From the human T2T-CHM13v2.0 reference genome, Homo sapiens, in assembly GCF_009914755.1 (NCBI RefSeq), contig NC_060947.1: a stretch of 64,000 nt of DNA; one strand, given 5' to 3'. A model generated the notes under the pieces. That model was not told the DNA's origin, ran no database searches, and was given only the letters and a program-made list of their open reading frames with translations. This document shows positions 31,905 to 53,595 of this stretch, piece by piece; positions within the stretch are counted from its first letter, which is position 1, and the number at the start of each line of letters is the position of its first letter. The position numbers and the translations under genes are program-made.

Positions 31905-32402
31905 AGGGAATGGAAAACAATACAGTGGGTCCTCAAAAAATTAAAAATAGAATTACCATATGATCCAGCAATTCCATTTTTGAGTATATACTCTGAAGAA
32001 TTGAAAGCAGGGTCTCAAAGAGAGATTGGTATACCAGTGCTCACAGCAGTGTTATTCACAATGGCCAAAAGCCAGAAGCAACTCAAGTATCCGTTGACAT
32101 TTGAATGGATAAACAAAATGTGTTATGTATAGACAATGGAATATTATTCATTCTTAAAAAGGAAGAAAGTTCTGACACATGCTACAACATGGATGAACCT
32201 TGAGGACATTATGCTAAGTGAAATAAGCCAGTCACAAAAAGAGAAATACTGTATGATTCCACTCACATGAAGTACCTAGAGTAGTCTCATCCATAGAGAC
32301 AGAAAGTCGAGTGGTGATTGCCAGGGGCTGGAGGGAGGGAAGAATGAGGAGTTGTTTAATGGGTGCAGAGTTTTCAGTTTGGGAGGATGAAAAGAGTGCT
32401 GG
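31905..32402 (+). mobile_element. L1MB (MB3-like) 3' region, broken at the left arm of the inverted repeat
   Basis: aaaatagaattaccatatgatccagcaattcc..gaaccttgaggacattatgctaagtgaaataagccag..gatgaaaagagtgctgga, then ends abruptly. Confidence 0.85.
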
Positions 32403-34034
32403 ACATAAGCATCTTGATGGCAGGGACTGTGTCTTTTCAAAAATCCATGGGCTCTGTTTTATAGCACTTGATATTAAATAATCACCACCGAACATACACA
32501 GGCTAAGAACACTGAAGTGTTTAGAGAGAGAATTCACACAATCTTCCCAGACACCATATGACAAGTGACATAAAACATATTTACCTTTTAGTAATTCTAC
32601 TTCTGTGAATTCACTTTAAGGAAACGAGAGATGTGGAGACCGCATATGTACGCATTTTCTTCAAACTTAGGAGAAACTGGAAGGCCCCAAATAGGAGAAT
32701 GATTAAAAACTATCGCAAACTCCTAGGATGATCCAATAACATAACCATTTAAAAATCGTGTTTTTAGAGAATATTTAATGATGTGGAAAAATAGTCCTAA
32801 AGCTAAGTGAAAAAAAATCAAGATGCAAAACTATATGAAAGATTAAACAGTTATATAATCCAGCAGATTCAAGATAAATGAAAACATATGTCCATGCAAA
32901 AACTTGTACACAGGCCGGGTGTGGTGGCACATGCCTGTAATCCCAGCACTTTGGGAGGCCAAGGCAGGTGGATCACCTGAGGTCAGGAGTTCGAGACCAG
33001 GCTGGCCAACATGATGAAACCCTGTCTCTACTAAAAATACAAAAAGTAGCCGGGCGTGGTGGCACATGCCTGTAATCCTAGCTACTCAGGAGTCTGAGGC
33101 ACGAGAATCACTTGAACCCAGGAGGTGTAGATTGCAGTGAGCCAAGATTGCACCACTGCACTCCAGCATGGGTGACAGAGCGAGACTCCATCTCAAAAAA
33201 AAAAAAAAAAAAAACACACACACACTTGTACACAAATGTTCATAGCAGTATTATTCATAATAGCCAAAAATGGGAAATAATCAAAATGTCCATCAACTGA
33301 TGAATGGATAAATAAAATGTGGTTTATCCACACAACATAATATTATTCTGCCATGAAAAGGAATGAAGTACTGAAAATGCTACAACATGGATGAACCTTG
33401 AAAACGTTATGCTGAATAGAAGAAGCCAGATACAAAAGACCACATACTGTATGATTTTATTCACATGAAATGTCCAGACAGCAAATCTATACAGACAGAA
33501 AAAAGATTAGTTGTTGACTTGGTGGGGTGGGACAGAAGGGCAGTGGAGTGAAGAAAGAGGAGTGGCTGCTAAAGTGCAGGGATTTTCTTGGGGGGTGGTG
33601 GCACAGATAAATCTTCTAAAGTTGATTTATTTGTGGTGATGGGTTACACAACTGTGAATATACTAAAAGCCACTGAATTATACACTTTAGGGGAATTGTA
33701 TGGTATGTGAATTACATCTGAATAAAGGTGTTATTTAAAAATAGAATCTGGTCCAAATTTTACTTAAGAATTACATATGGAAAGACTGAAGAGATACCCA
33801 AAATTTTAAAGAGGGGCATTTTCTGAATGGTGAGATTTTAGGTAATTTTCATTTGTTCTTTTACTCTTTTCTGTATTTTCTGTGATGAGCATGCATTGTT
33901 TTCATAATCAGAAAAGTTATTGGTCTAATATAATTTCATGATAAACTGTATACATTTAAGATATACATACTGAAAAATGGTATGGTGAGAAATGAATCAA
34001 TCACCTTCTACCCACCTTCCCTCTGAAATGTGAA
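32403..34034 (+). repeat. Inverted duplication, left arm
   Basis: Reverse complement of 35361-36991. The first 135 bp are identical and the rest is diverged. The ORF track shows the same peptide on opposite strands (32232-32564 minus, 36788-37039 plus). Confidence 0.95.
32913..33214 (+). mobile_element. AluS specific to the left arm
   Basis: Flanked by acttgtacaca on both sides. Absent at the paralogous site in the right arm (~36152). Confidence 0.92.
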
Positions 34035-34986
34035 TATCGTCTCTTAAGAGTGGCTATATCACCTGTGGCTTTGCATTCAGATAAGTATTCATAATTGCCT
34101 CAGAAATCGATTACTGCATCTCAAACAGGTGCATCTCCCCTCAAACTTTATCCCCAAATATGAAGAGTTAAGTACCCTTACATAACCAAGATTCTGAGTC
34201 CTACATTTTTAACCACCAGAGGGAGCTGGAATGTAGAAAACCTGGGGCAGTCAGTTTTGTTTTGTTTTAAAGTTAGTTTCACAAAGGGCCATCAATTCAG
34301 GATCTTATGTAATTTTCCTAATTATTGTGAACCAGCACTTAAAAGATAATTCTTTTTTGCCTTTTTAAAATTCCACTTTTAAAGACTGCATACAGTAAAA
34401 GAGGTCTTCCTAAGAATCAAACTCTTAATAAACAACAGGCAAGACAGCACAGAAAAATAAAAAATATTCACACCCTCTATTAGCGAACATTTCTCTCAGA
34501 ATTGTCTGCTTCAGATCTTGAAGTCACGCAGTTGTGTCACAGTGATAAAGTTTCAAGTTATTCAATATACTTGAGCCCTCCCCGACTCGTTGAAAAGTTT
34601 CCTAACAAAGAAGAAACATTCAATGTGCCTGCATTCTATATGCATTACTATTGAAATCAGGATGGAGGTTTGCTAGGCATTGAGAAAGATGGTGAATAAG
34701 AGATGGGCCTACAGCGCCCAAAAGGAAGTTAAGCAATATTTGACTCAGGTCAGAATTTCTCAACTGAAGGTCTGAGTTTCAAGGTAATTCTTAAAGGGAA
34801 TTGTAATTATAGCTTCGGGGTTTCAGTGGGGTGAAAGCAGCAATTTGTCTTACCAGCAAAATGAGTAAATCTATAGAAGTTAATGTATTTATGTATAAAC
34901 AACCAAAAAGCACTTTGCTCTTCATTTTATATGTTCTTTTATTGACCTTTTCTTCATATTTCTTTAAAAAATTTTAATTGTGATAA

Positions 34987-35315
<329 letters not shown>

Positions 35316-35360
35316 TGTCTTAAGCCTTTTTAAGTATACAGTTCAGTAGTGTTATGTACA

Positions 35361-36991
<1,631 letters not shown>

Positions 36992-37899
36992 TCACATTTA
37001 GACCAGACAGATAAATATAGATCCAAGGGTATTATATAGACAAGATTATGTACATTATGTGGAGGGAAAAAATAGACTGCATAGATAAAAGTAAACATTT
37101 GCCTGCCTAGGATGAAATTCACACAGACATAATCATTGAGCAACTCTTTACACTTAAAAATTTTTTAAAAATTAACAAAACCAAAATGTAAGAACCAGTT
37201 AGTCTAAAGTCATAAATCATCTGGATCGTTGAGTCTGAACCTTTCCCTTGTTCAGAAGACTCCTAAGGCAGCACAGTGTAGCCTGTTGGCTTTTGGGACC
37301 CGCAGACGTATCTCTAGCTGCTTTTCAACCTGTGCTGTCTCACATTTTCCTTAGATTGCTTGAGACATTAGCAAACCCTTTCTGTCTTGTTTCTCTTTTA
37401 TTTTCAGAAGAGTACCACTTTAAAGATTATGAAATGAGCAAGTAGTTCAGTTATATAGCTGACTCTGGGGAAAAATTGTCTAGCACTGTTCAGCATTGCC
37501 ATATTGATGCTGACACCGGCATGATTTCACCTCCAACATGACCACCGGATTCCGCCCAAATGGATTGACTAATCTAGAAAGATCATTGATTTGTAAAATT
37601 GGAGGTGGAAAAGCTATAGCAGATCCTCCGGCAAGCCTCTTAAGCAGATGTTATGTAGAGGCTCTGCAATGCTGTTTGTTTGTTTTTCACTCGTAGGAAT
37701 TAAACTCTTGAGAGTAAACCATACCGTCACCTTAAAGATTCCATTTTCTAGCGTGTCGCATACATTTGTATTACATGACTCTTTCGGAAAACATTGCCTA
37801 GGTAACTGACAGAAAGTGCTATTTTAGTATCCAGAAGCTGCGACTAGCAACGGCAAACTTAAGAAAACTGAAACCTCTTTTTTCTTTGCAGCTGTAAAG

Positions 37900-38955
37900 A
37901 TGTCTGACAAGAACCAGATAGCTGCCAGAGCTTCTCTTATTGAGCAACTGATGTCCAAAAGGAATTTTGAGGATCTTGGCAACCACCTTACTGAGCTAGA
38001 AACAATTTATGTGACTAAGGAGCATCTCCAGGAGACAGATGTGGTCAGAGCTGTGTACAGAGTCCTCAAAAACTGCCCCTCTGTGGCTTTGAAAAAGAAA
38101 GCCAAGTGTTTGCTATCAAAGTGGAAAGCTGTTTATAAGCAGACTCACTCCAAAGCGAGGAACAGCCCTAAATTATTTCCTGTGAGGGGTAATAAAGAAG
38201 AAAATTCAGGACCTTCTCATGACCCAAGTCAGAATGAGACACTGGGCATCTGCAGCTCGAATTCTCTGTCTTCCCAAGACGTTGCAAAACTCAGTGAAAT
38301 GATTGTGCCTGAAAATAGAGCCATTCAATTGAAACCTAAGGAAGAGCATTTTGGGGATGGTGACCCTGAATCCACTGGCAAGAGATTGAGTGAGTTGCTG
38401 GATCCCACAACACCCATGAGAACTAAATGCATAGAGCTTCTTTACGCAGCTTTAACTAGTTCTTCCACAGATCAACCCAAAGCTGATTTGTGGCAAAACT
38501 TTGCAAGAGAAATTGAAGAGCATGTTTTTACCCTTTATTCAAAGAACATCAAAAAATATAAAACTTGCATCAGAAGCAAAGTTGCCAATTTGAAGAACCC
38601 CAGAAATTCTCATTTACAACAAAACTTGCTCTCTGGGACCACGTCTCCACGAGAATTTGCTGAAATGACTGTCATGGAGATGGCAAATAAGGAACTGAAG
38701 CAGTTGAGAGCCTCCTACACGGAATCTTGTATCCAGGAACATTACCTTCCCCAAGTAATTGATGGCACACAGACAAATAAAATAAAATGCAGACGCTGTG
38801 AGAAATACAATTGCAAAGTCACTGTAATTGACAGAGGAACACTTTTCCTTCCCAGCTGGGTGCGGAATTCAAACCCAGATGAACAAATGATGACTTACGT
38901 AATTTGTAATGAATGTGGGGAGCAGTGGTACCATAGCAAGTGGGTGTGCTTGTAA
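37900..38955 (+). CDS. TCEANC: Transcription elongation factor A N-terminal and central domain-containing protein (TFIIS-like), 351 aa
   Basis: Long non-repeat ORF after acceptor ctcttttttctttgcag (exon starts 37892). Has a TFIIS N-terminal domain ([19 protein letters not shown]), a central domain ([17 protein letters not shown]) and a zinc ribbon (CRRC..DE..CNECG). Confidence 0.97.
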   Translation: MSDKNQIAARASLIEQLMSKRNFEDLGNHLTELETIYVTKEHLQETDVVRAVYRVLKNCPSVALKKKAKCLLSKWKAVYKQTHSKARNSPKLFPVRGNKEENSGPSHDPSQNETLGICSSNSLSSQDVAKLSEMIVPENRAIQLKPKEEHFGDGDPESTGKRLSELLDPTTPMRTKCIELLYAALTSSSTDQPKADLWQNFAREIEEHVFTLYSKNIKKYKTCIRSKVANLKNPRNSHLQQNLLSGTTSPREFAEMTVMEMANKELKQLRASYTESCIQEHYLPQVIDGTQTNKIKCRRCEKYNCKVTVIDRGTLFLPSWVRNSNPDEQMMTYVICNECGEQWYHSKWVCL

Positions 38956-41167
<2,212 letters not shown>

Positions 41168-41300
41168 TCATCTTTATTCGTGAGTTTTGCAACTTGAGAT
41201 AGGAAAATAGTAATCTGTGTGTTTTTCTTTTGGTTAATGAGACAGCATTACATTTTCTGCCTATAGGTAATTCTTTCAGATCCTATGTCCTTTCCCCTAA

Positions 41301-41665
<365 letters not shown>

Positions 41666-42691
41666 TAATTTAAAATCGCTTTTACAGAAACAGCAAATGG
41701 AAGACCCTGAGACAGGAGACTGCCTGATACACGCAAGTTCCAGCAAGAGTCCACGGCAGCTAAGTCACAGTGAGCAAGGGGAACAAGGATGAGAGATGCA
41801 GTCAAAGAGGCCATCGTGAGGGCTCTTGTCGGTCGGCCATGGTAAGGATTTGGGGGCGTTTCTTAAAACATGATGGGAAGCCACTGAAGCTGGGGAGTTT
41901 GTGGTGATGAGATTTAACACCCTTTAGGAAGGATCACTCTGGCTGTTATATTGAATTAGAAGGGAAGGAAGCAAGGATGCATGCAGGGACAACAGGTGAC
42001 CCTTGGCAGTGATCCAAATGTCAAATAACTGGCTTCAAGCAAGAGTACACAGAGTCTGGGCTCCCCGAATCCTTATAGTCAGCAAAGTCCTTGACAACTT
42101 TGCAAATGGATATTTCATAAAATACACTAAATCCCAAGTTCCCTACCCATGGCCCATAATAAACAATAATAGACAATGCAGAAATTCAGCATTGGACAAG
42201 TATATCCTATACTCGGGTTGCCATGATTACTGGGAGTCCCTGCATAGGGCATAAACACCAGTTGTTATACCTGAATGTAGGAGCGCTCTCTTGACTCTTG
42301 ATGGATTTTCCCACATCACTCTCCTTTTGTCTGTGTTACTTTTCTGAGATAAAAAGTTGGATACAATTGGAGCTCTGTCTCTTCCCTGAGCACTTCCTGT
42401 GATGAGAGGCTCCTTTCATTCGCCACTACCATTCTAAATACCAGTCAGGAAGCCTGCAGCTGGCAGTGCTCCACTGCTTTGGCAAGGGCTGGGCCTTCAT
42501 CTTCTGGGTCAGATTGCTTTGTTATTTATAACTTCCCAGTAAATGCAAAATATTTTACTAAAGTAGTTATTTTTGTATCTCTCAGATACTGTAAGTACCT
42601 AGGCTTTCAGAAGAGCCCCACAATCAGAAGGGAGACCAGATGACAACCTCATATAGTCCCATTTGCATTATTATTTAAAACTGGGATTCCT

Positions 42692-42978
42692 GGCCAGACG
42701 TGGTAGCTCACATCTGTAATCCCAACACTTTGAGAGGCCAAGGTGGGAGGACCACTTGAGCCCAGGAGTTGGAGATCAGTCTGAACCCCGTCTCTACAAA
42801 AAATATAGAAATTAGCCAGGCGTGGTGGTGTGTGCCTGTAGTGTCAGCTACCCAGGAGACTGAGGTGGAAGGATCACCTGAGCCCAGGAGATTGAGGCTG
42901 CAGTGAGCCATGATTGCACCACTGCACTCCAGCCTGGGTGACAGAGACAGACCCCATCTAAAAAATAATAATAATAAT
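42692..42978 (+). mobile_element. AluJ
   Basis: Diverged Alu dimer with (AAT)n tail. Confidence 0.9.
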
Positions 42979-43868
42979 AGATTTCCACAAATGTTAGCAT
43001 GCATCATCAGAAATGCTCTGTGTTCATGATTGCACATTGCTTTCACTTTTCCAGGTGCCGGGAGCAAAGAGATGATTAAGACACCATCCCAGGCCTCAAG
43101 CCCCACGAAACGCAGGGGAAGCGCCATGCTATGCAGCCAGCAATCGTTTTACCTTTTAAGAGCTCTGAGAGAGACACCCACTGGAAAGGGGTGCAGAGGA
43201 CCCCAGAGGATCAACTAACCCAGTGTGGGAGGGTCAGGGAAAGCTTCATAGAGGCCGTGACCCTTAGGGCAAATCTTGAGAGGAAGATGGCCAGGCAGAG
43301 GAAATGGGAAAGTCTGTTCCAGCACCATATTTGCTAGATTCTTGGCACTTTATGTATAGCATCTCCTTTAATCTTCACAACTACCCTGCTGCACAGCATT
43401 TTAGAGGTGAGGAAACTAAGGCTGAGAGAGATTAAGTTACTTGCCCAAGGGTACACAGAGACAAAGCCAGGACTAACTCATAACAAAGTGGGTAGGTTTT
43501 ATTTGTTTATTTTGCATGTCAGATTGCTTCTAGAAATAACAGCAGGCTTCCTATTAATTCCAGGTGAGGTCCTGCTATTTTATAATTGTGGTTTGTTCTT
43601 TCAATGCCAGGAGCATGTGGTGTATGGATCCCCCCTTACACCAGTACTGTGCACTCCTCCTGATGATGGAGAGATTGGGAGGGACCACCTGGCTAGGATT
43701 GCTGGCTCTCCTGACACCTTCTCGTGGCATCCATGTGGTTTATCCAGTTTTCTGAAAAGTAAGTAATTTTTAAAATACTGAAATTTGACAGTATAAGAAC
43801 ATGTTGCTTTTTAAGGGATATTTACATGTTTATATATTTTTATGAATTTGAAGACTATAAATATATAA

Positions 43869-44257
<389 letters not shown>

Positions 44258-45152
44258 TGATCTAGGAAAATAACAATCAATTATGAAAAAATAGTTATTT
44301 AGAATCCTTTGTTAAATTATTGTAAGTACCCTCCTGGACAGAGAGTCAAAAATAGAATTAAAATTAATTTGTTGGACATACTCTTGCTTTCTTTTAAAAT
44401 GTAAATGAGATACAAATAGGGGTAGGTTCCAAGTAGTCATTAATCTTTTTCAAATGGTGGCAAATTTTTTTAAAAAATCTAAAACAACCATGGTAAAGTT
44501 ACATATCCAATTAATAAGCAAGTTAAAACTTCACCCATTCAAAAACTTCTTTACTTTTTATTTTTGGAATATACCATATTCACTTTTGAAATGCAGGTAA
44601 ACAGATACAGGTAGCTCCCCGGCAGCTACTTTTACAACTTCAGAGTGATGTCATAACTCACGAAATTCCCCTTTGTAGACTGAAACAAAAAATTCAGAAA
44701 TTTCCAAGGTGCCGGTGAGGCCCTGAGTCATCTGGCTGGATTCCACCTAACGCGCCTATCTGTGAATGATTGAAGACAGAGCTGCAAAACCAGTTTCAGT
44801 TTGTTTTTTTTTCTCTAACCACAGCACACCCAGGCACTTGTCCAACAGTTTCCCACGTAGCTCTTCCCCATGGCGTGTGACTTCATGTGCGTGTCAGTTG
44901 GGAAGAGCTAAAAGTCAAAGTTCACCCATGTCTAGCAGAAAAGGACTTGAAGATTTTACATGGACTGTGTGTTGGTGTTTATGAGTCCACCAGGCCATCT
45001 TGTTTTGTCTTATCTTTTCAGACCGAGGATTTCTATTCCTTCAGTTTTGTTTTCTTTCAGCAGATGGGCTTTTGTCCCCCAGCTTTGTGAAATCTCACGA
45101 ATTGCTCAGCAGAAAGTTTCCAAATGACTTAGTGGATTTTTATGAACATTTA

Positions 45153-45527
<375 letters not shown>

Positions 45528-46924
45528 TCACTGAATTGTACACTTTAAATGAGTGAATTGTATAGTATAAATAATATCAATAAAGCTGTTACCCAAAAAA
45601 ATCAGATGAATGGAAGGAAGAAATTGGAGAGAGGGTCTCTATTGGATATTTATCTCAGTGAGTCATTCTGAACCTTAGTCCCAATTTATACATGCTCGTA
45701 ATGACAGTCTTTCTCAAAGGGGGCTTTCTGGAGGCCCCAGCCACATCACTGACAGATAAAGAGTGAGTCTCCCAATGCCTTCAAAGTTGTCAGGGCGGTT
45801 TCCTGGGCTCTAGCATTTGCGGTTCTGCATAAAACCTGCTTTCACACAGCTCACAGGGCTCAACGGGGATCCCAAATCATCGGTCCTTGTGTTTCTTCCC
45901 CATTTCTCAAGCTACAGATCTGAGCTGAACTATCAATGATATTAAACCCCTGGAAAATAAAAAATCCTCTAGAATCAACCCCAAACAGTTGACATTTTCG
46001 TTCCCAGTAAGAGTTATACTCAGAAAAGAATTGTAATAACCACAAATGAAATCAGCCCTGCACTCTCGCCCTTCATATTGAGGCCCTGGGATCAATGGCA
46101 TCAGCATCACCTGGGAGCAAATACCAAAACAAGGGCCGCATCCCAGACCTACTGAATCCCAATCTACATTTTTCACCAAGTCCTCAGCCATCAACTGCAT
46201 ATTAACTGTCCACAGCAGCTGGCCCTACGAAGTCTGCCTTCCTGCTTATACCTTTGGATGAAATGCCTGAGTTCCTAGCATGGAAACTAACATGGATCTC
46301 TCTGATTGCCTCGGTCACCAATGACCTCCACCCTCTACGTCACTAAATTCAGGGGACAGTTCTCAGCCTTGAATCCTATCTACAGCATTTGACATGCTTG
46401 CTTCCTTCTTGAGAACATTTTCATGTGGCTTGCAGTAGGTTACACTCTCATTGGTTTTCCCTGTCACTGGTCACTCTGTTTCAGTATCATTTGCTGGTTC
46501 ATCTTTCCTGACTTTTTAACTGGAATGTCCTGGAATGTAATCCTTGGACCCCTTCTATCTACATTCACTCCTTTGGTGATCTTCTCTAGTTCCATGGCTT
46601 CCTGCATCATCTCCATGCTAAGGACCTCCCCGCTGTCTATCTTCAGGCTTGCATCTCCCCCTCAGAATTCCAGATCCAGAAACCTAACAGTCAACTTGAC
46701 AACTCTACTTGCATGTCCAGTGAGCATCTCAAACTTAACATGTTTAAAATCAAGCTTCCAATCTTCTCTCCAGCGCCTCCTTCTCCACTGAATGGCAACT
46801 CCATCCTTGTGTACCTTGAGCTAAAGAAACATGGAGTCATCATTAACTCCTCTCTTTCTTTCATATCATACTTCCAATCAGTTGGCAAATCATATTGGCT
46901 CTATTTCAGATATATATCCAGAAG

Positions 46925-48178
<1,254 letters not shown>

Positions 48179-48504
48179 TACAAATATCCAGAATATGACC
48201 ACATATTATGTTCTCTACCATTGTCTTGTTCTAAGCCAGCATCATCCTCACCTGGCTGACTGTCACCTGGATGACCAATTGTCATACAGATACCACCTGC
48301 TAAGTGGTTGCCTGACTTCCACTCTTGTCTCCCAAGTACGTCTCTAACACAACAGCCAGAGTGATCCTGGGGAATATGCAAATCAGATCAGGTTACCTCT
48401 CTGCTCAAAACTCTCTGTTGGCTCCTGTCTCCAAGAGAAAGACAAAGTTCTTATAGTGGTCTTTAAAGCTTCACTAATCTGGCCCCTCCTTGTTACCTTT
48501 CTGA

Positions 48505-48952
<448 letters not shown>

Positions 48953-49069
48953 TCTCCCAGATTCCTAATGACTTAACTTACCTCTCTCAAGCCCTAGCTC
49001 AAATGTCACCTGGGGCTGTGAGGCTTTCCCTGGCCTCTTCCTACATTCCCTAGCACCCTTTCTGATTTT

Positions 49070-49374
49070 TTTCTTTCTTTTTTTTTTTTGAGATGGAGTC
49101 TCACTCTGTCTGCTGGGTTGGAGTGCAGTGGTATGATCTCGGCTCACTGCAACCTCTGCCTTCCGGGTTCAAGCAATTCTCCTGCCTCAGCCTCCTGAGT
49201 AGCTGGGATTACAGGCACCTGCAACTACGCCCAGCTAATTTTTTGTATTTTTAGTAGAGACGAGGTTTCACCATATTGGCCAGGCTGGTCTCCATATCCT
49301 GACCTCGTGATTCACCTGCCTTGGCCTCCCAAAGCGCTGGGATTACAGGAGTGAGCCACCACCACGCCTGGCCT
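49070..49374 (-). mobile_element. AluS
   Basis: Reverse Alu flanked by tctgattttttt. Confidence 0.92.
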
Positions 49375-49384
49375 CTGATTTTTT

Positions 49385-50467
<1,083 letters not shown>

Positions 50468-50502
50468 AATAGAGCTTATTCACCATTGAAATACAATGCC
50501 CT

Positions 50503-50781
50503 GGCTGGGCGTGGTGGCTCACACCTGTAATCCCAGCACTGGAGGCCGAGGTGGGTGGATCACTTGAGGTCAGGAGTTTGAGACCAGACTGGCCAACATG
50601 GTGAAACCCAGTCTCTACTAAAAATACAAAAATTAGCCAGGCATGGTGGCATGTGCCTGTAATCCCAGCTACTTGGGAGCCCAAGGCCCCGGAGAATGGC
50701 TTGAACCCGGGAGGTGGAGGTTGCAGTGAGCCAAGACCATGCCACTGCACTACAGTCTGGGTGACAGAGCAAGACCATGTC
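50503..50781 (+). mobile_element. AluS with expanded purine tail
   Basis: gaaatacaatgcc occurs before the Alu and again after the microsatellite. Confidence 0.9.
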
Positions 50782-50821
50782 AAAAAAAAGAAAGAAAGAA
50801 AGAGAGAAAGAGAGAGAGGGA

Positions 50822-50884
<63 letters not shown>

Positions 50885-50992
50885 GAAAGAAAGGAAAGAA
50901 AGGAAAGAAAGGAAAGAAAGGAAAGAAAGGAAGGAAAGAAAGGAAAGAAAGAAAAGAAAGAAAAAGAAAAGAAAGAAAGAGAAAGAAAGAAA
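50782..50992 (+). repeat. (GAAA)n / (GGAAAGAAA)n homopurine microsatellite
   Basis: 211 bp containing only A and G. Confidence 0.97.
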
Positions 50993-51185
50993 TACAATGC
51001 CTTGCTCTTGCTCACGGGGTCAGAGATTTTTGTCTTTTTGGTTCACAGCTTATCTCCAGCCCCTAGAATAGTTCTGGCACACAGAGTGCCCTCAAGAAAT
51101 ATTTGTTGAATGAGTGCACCTAAGAAATTTGGAAGAGCCAGGAATATGACAGATCAACACATACGCACATTTAGGTAAAAGATTA

Positions 51186-51700
<515 letters not shown>

Positions 51701-52762
51701 CTATTATAAAGCTAATTGTTCAATTGTCTTATAATCCTTCCCTTTCTTGTGTGTTATTTTCTGTTTTAATGTTCAATAGCATTGTTAGAAAGAAAAGGAG
51801 ATTAAAAAAATTCTATTTGTTCACTGTTTTACTTGCCGGAAGACCCTGCAGGTACTTAAGGAATATAGTTGAAAAGGTTATTAAAATTGTTTGGTGATTT
51901 TGTGGTTGTTGACTTAGTTGTCTGTTAGCATGCATTACAGACTGTACTTGGCTATATGTTAGTAATTCTAGAAGTGACTCTTTGAAAATAATTTTCCCCA
52001 AATCATATACATAAACACTATTTGTAACTCACGAGTTTTTTAAAGTTTATATGCATTTATTTTTGTTATAATTCAGTGGCTTTTAGTATATTCACAAAGT
52101 TGTGCGATTATCATCATTATCTAATTCCAGAATGTTTTCATTACCCCAAGAAGGAATCCAGTACCAGTTAATAGCCACTCTCTATTCCACCCTCTTCCCA
52201 GCCCCCAGCCCCCCAACCGCCACCTACTTTCTGTCTCTATGGATCTGCTTATCCTGGACATTTCACGCAAATGGGACCATACAATATGTAGGTTTTTGTG
52301 TCTGGCTTCTTTCACATCATTTCTTTTTTCTTAACTCAAGAAGTAAACCATATTTTACTAACCAAATAAACTATACTGACCTTTACTTAAAGTACATCTT
52401 TAGCTGAATTTGCATAAATAATTTGACATTTCTACCTGTCACAATTATACTCCTTCCAACTTTTGTGTCAAAAATTATTTTTGATTAACCACATGCAAAG
52501 CTTGACATTTTGAAATTCAGATACTCACTGTTATCTACAGATGAAGGTCACAAGATTTTTTTTTCTTTAAAAAAAAGGAAGCAAGGATATTTTACCCTAG
52601 TTTTGTAACTTATTTGGCAAAAAAGAATTTAATGAAATTTCATCACTAGAGCCATTGTGTTTAGTAAGGACAAAATTTAGGAATGCTTAGAAGTTGGATC
52701 AATTTTTTTCTCCCCTGTATGTCTCCTCCCAAACATACATATCCTGTGGTATAAAATATGTA

Positions 52763-53023
52763 GGCCGGGCATGGTGGCTCATGCCTGTAATCCCAGCACT
52801 TTGGGAGGCCAAGGCAGGTGGATTGCTTTGAGCTCAGGAGTTTAAGACCAGCCTGAGCAAAATGGTGAAACCCTGTCTCTACTAAAAATACAAAAATTAG
52901 CTGGTGGCTCATGCCTGTAGTCCCAACTACTTGGGAGGCTGAGGCCAGAGAATTGCTTGTTGAGCTGAGATTGTGCCACTGCACTCTAGCCTGAGAGACA
53001 GAGTGAGACCCCATCTCAAAAAA
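52763..53023 (+). mobile_element. Alu with internal deletions in the right arm
   Basis: Shortened Alu dimer. Confidence 0.88.
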
Positions 53024-53595
53024 TATACATATGTATGTGTGTGTATGTGCGCGTGTGTGTGGGGGTGGTATACAATTGTTTGCATTGCATGACTTATTGA
53101 AAAGTAATCTGTTCCTCACACAATTCCATTATATCTCTAAGCTACAGAATTCCATACTTAGCCCATCCTATGAACTTCCTTTATTCCATCTCTGCTCTAT
53201 CTTATCACTGCTTTATATTATTTGTGAACATGTTTTATTTTTTTTTCTTTAATTGCCCATCAAGTTTCCTATGCAGGTCTTAGTAGTGAGATTTACATCC
53301 CCTCAAAGCCCCAAGGTTTAACTCTAGGTTTGGCAGATGCTTAATGCAATTTTGCAAAATAGATTTTTACTTCAAATTACAGTAGAATTTCAATATGCCC
53401 TCATCTTTGCTTTGGTTTTGTACAGTGATGTCACACTTTAGAAGCCCTGCATCTAACCTTAATAAATGGGATCAAATATTACTATTACTAATGTTTCAAA
53501 CCCAATCTCCAGAAAAATAGATTTTTCAAGATAAATTCATTTCATTCATGTTATGGAATTTAAAATTTACCAGATTAATAACAAAGCCCTGAGTT

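Noticed and set aside
38776-38786. Overlapping AATAAA hexamers in the TCEANC CDS just before the zinc ribbon
   Set aside because: Explained by Asn-Lys-Ile-Lys codons. No evidence they are used.
50560-51109. K/E/R-rich and F/L/S-rich ORFs
   Set aside because: These are translations of the GAAA microsatellite.
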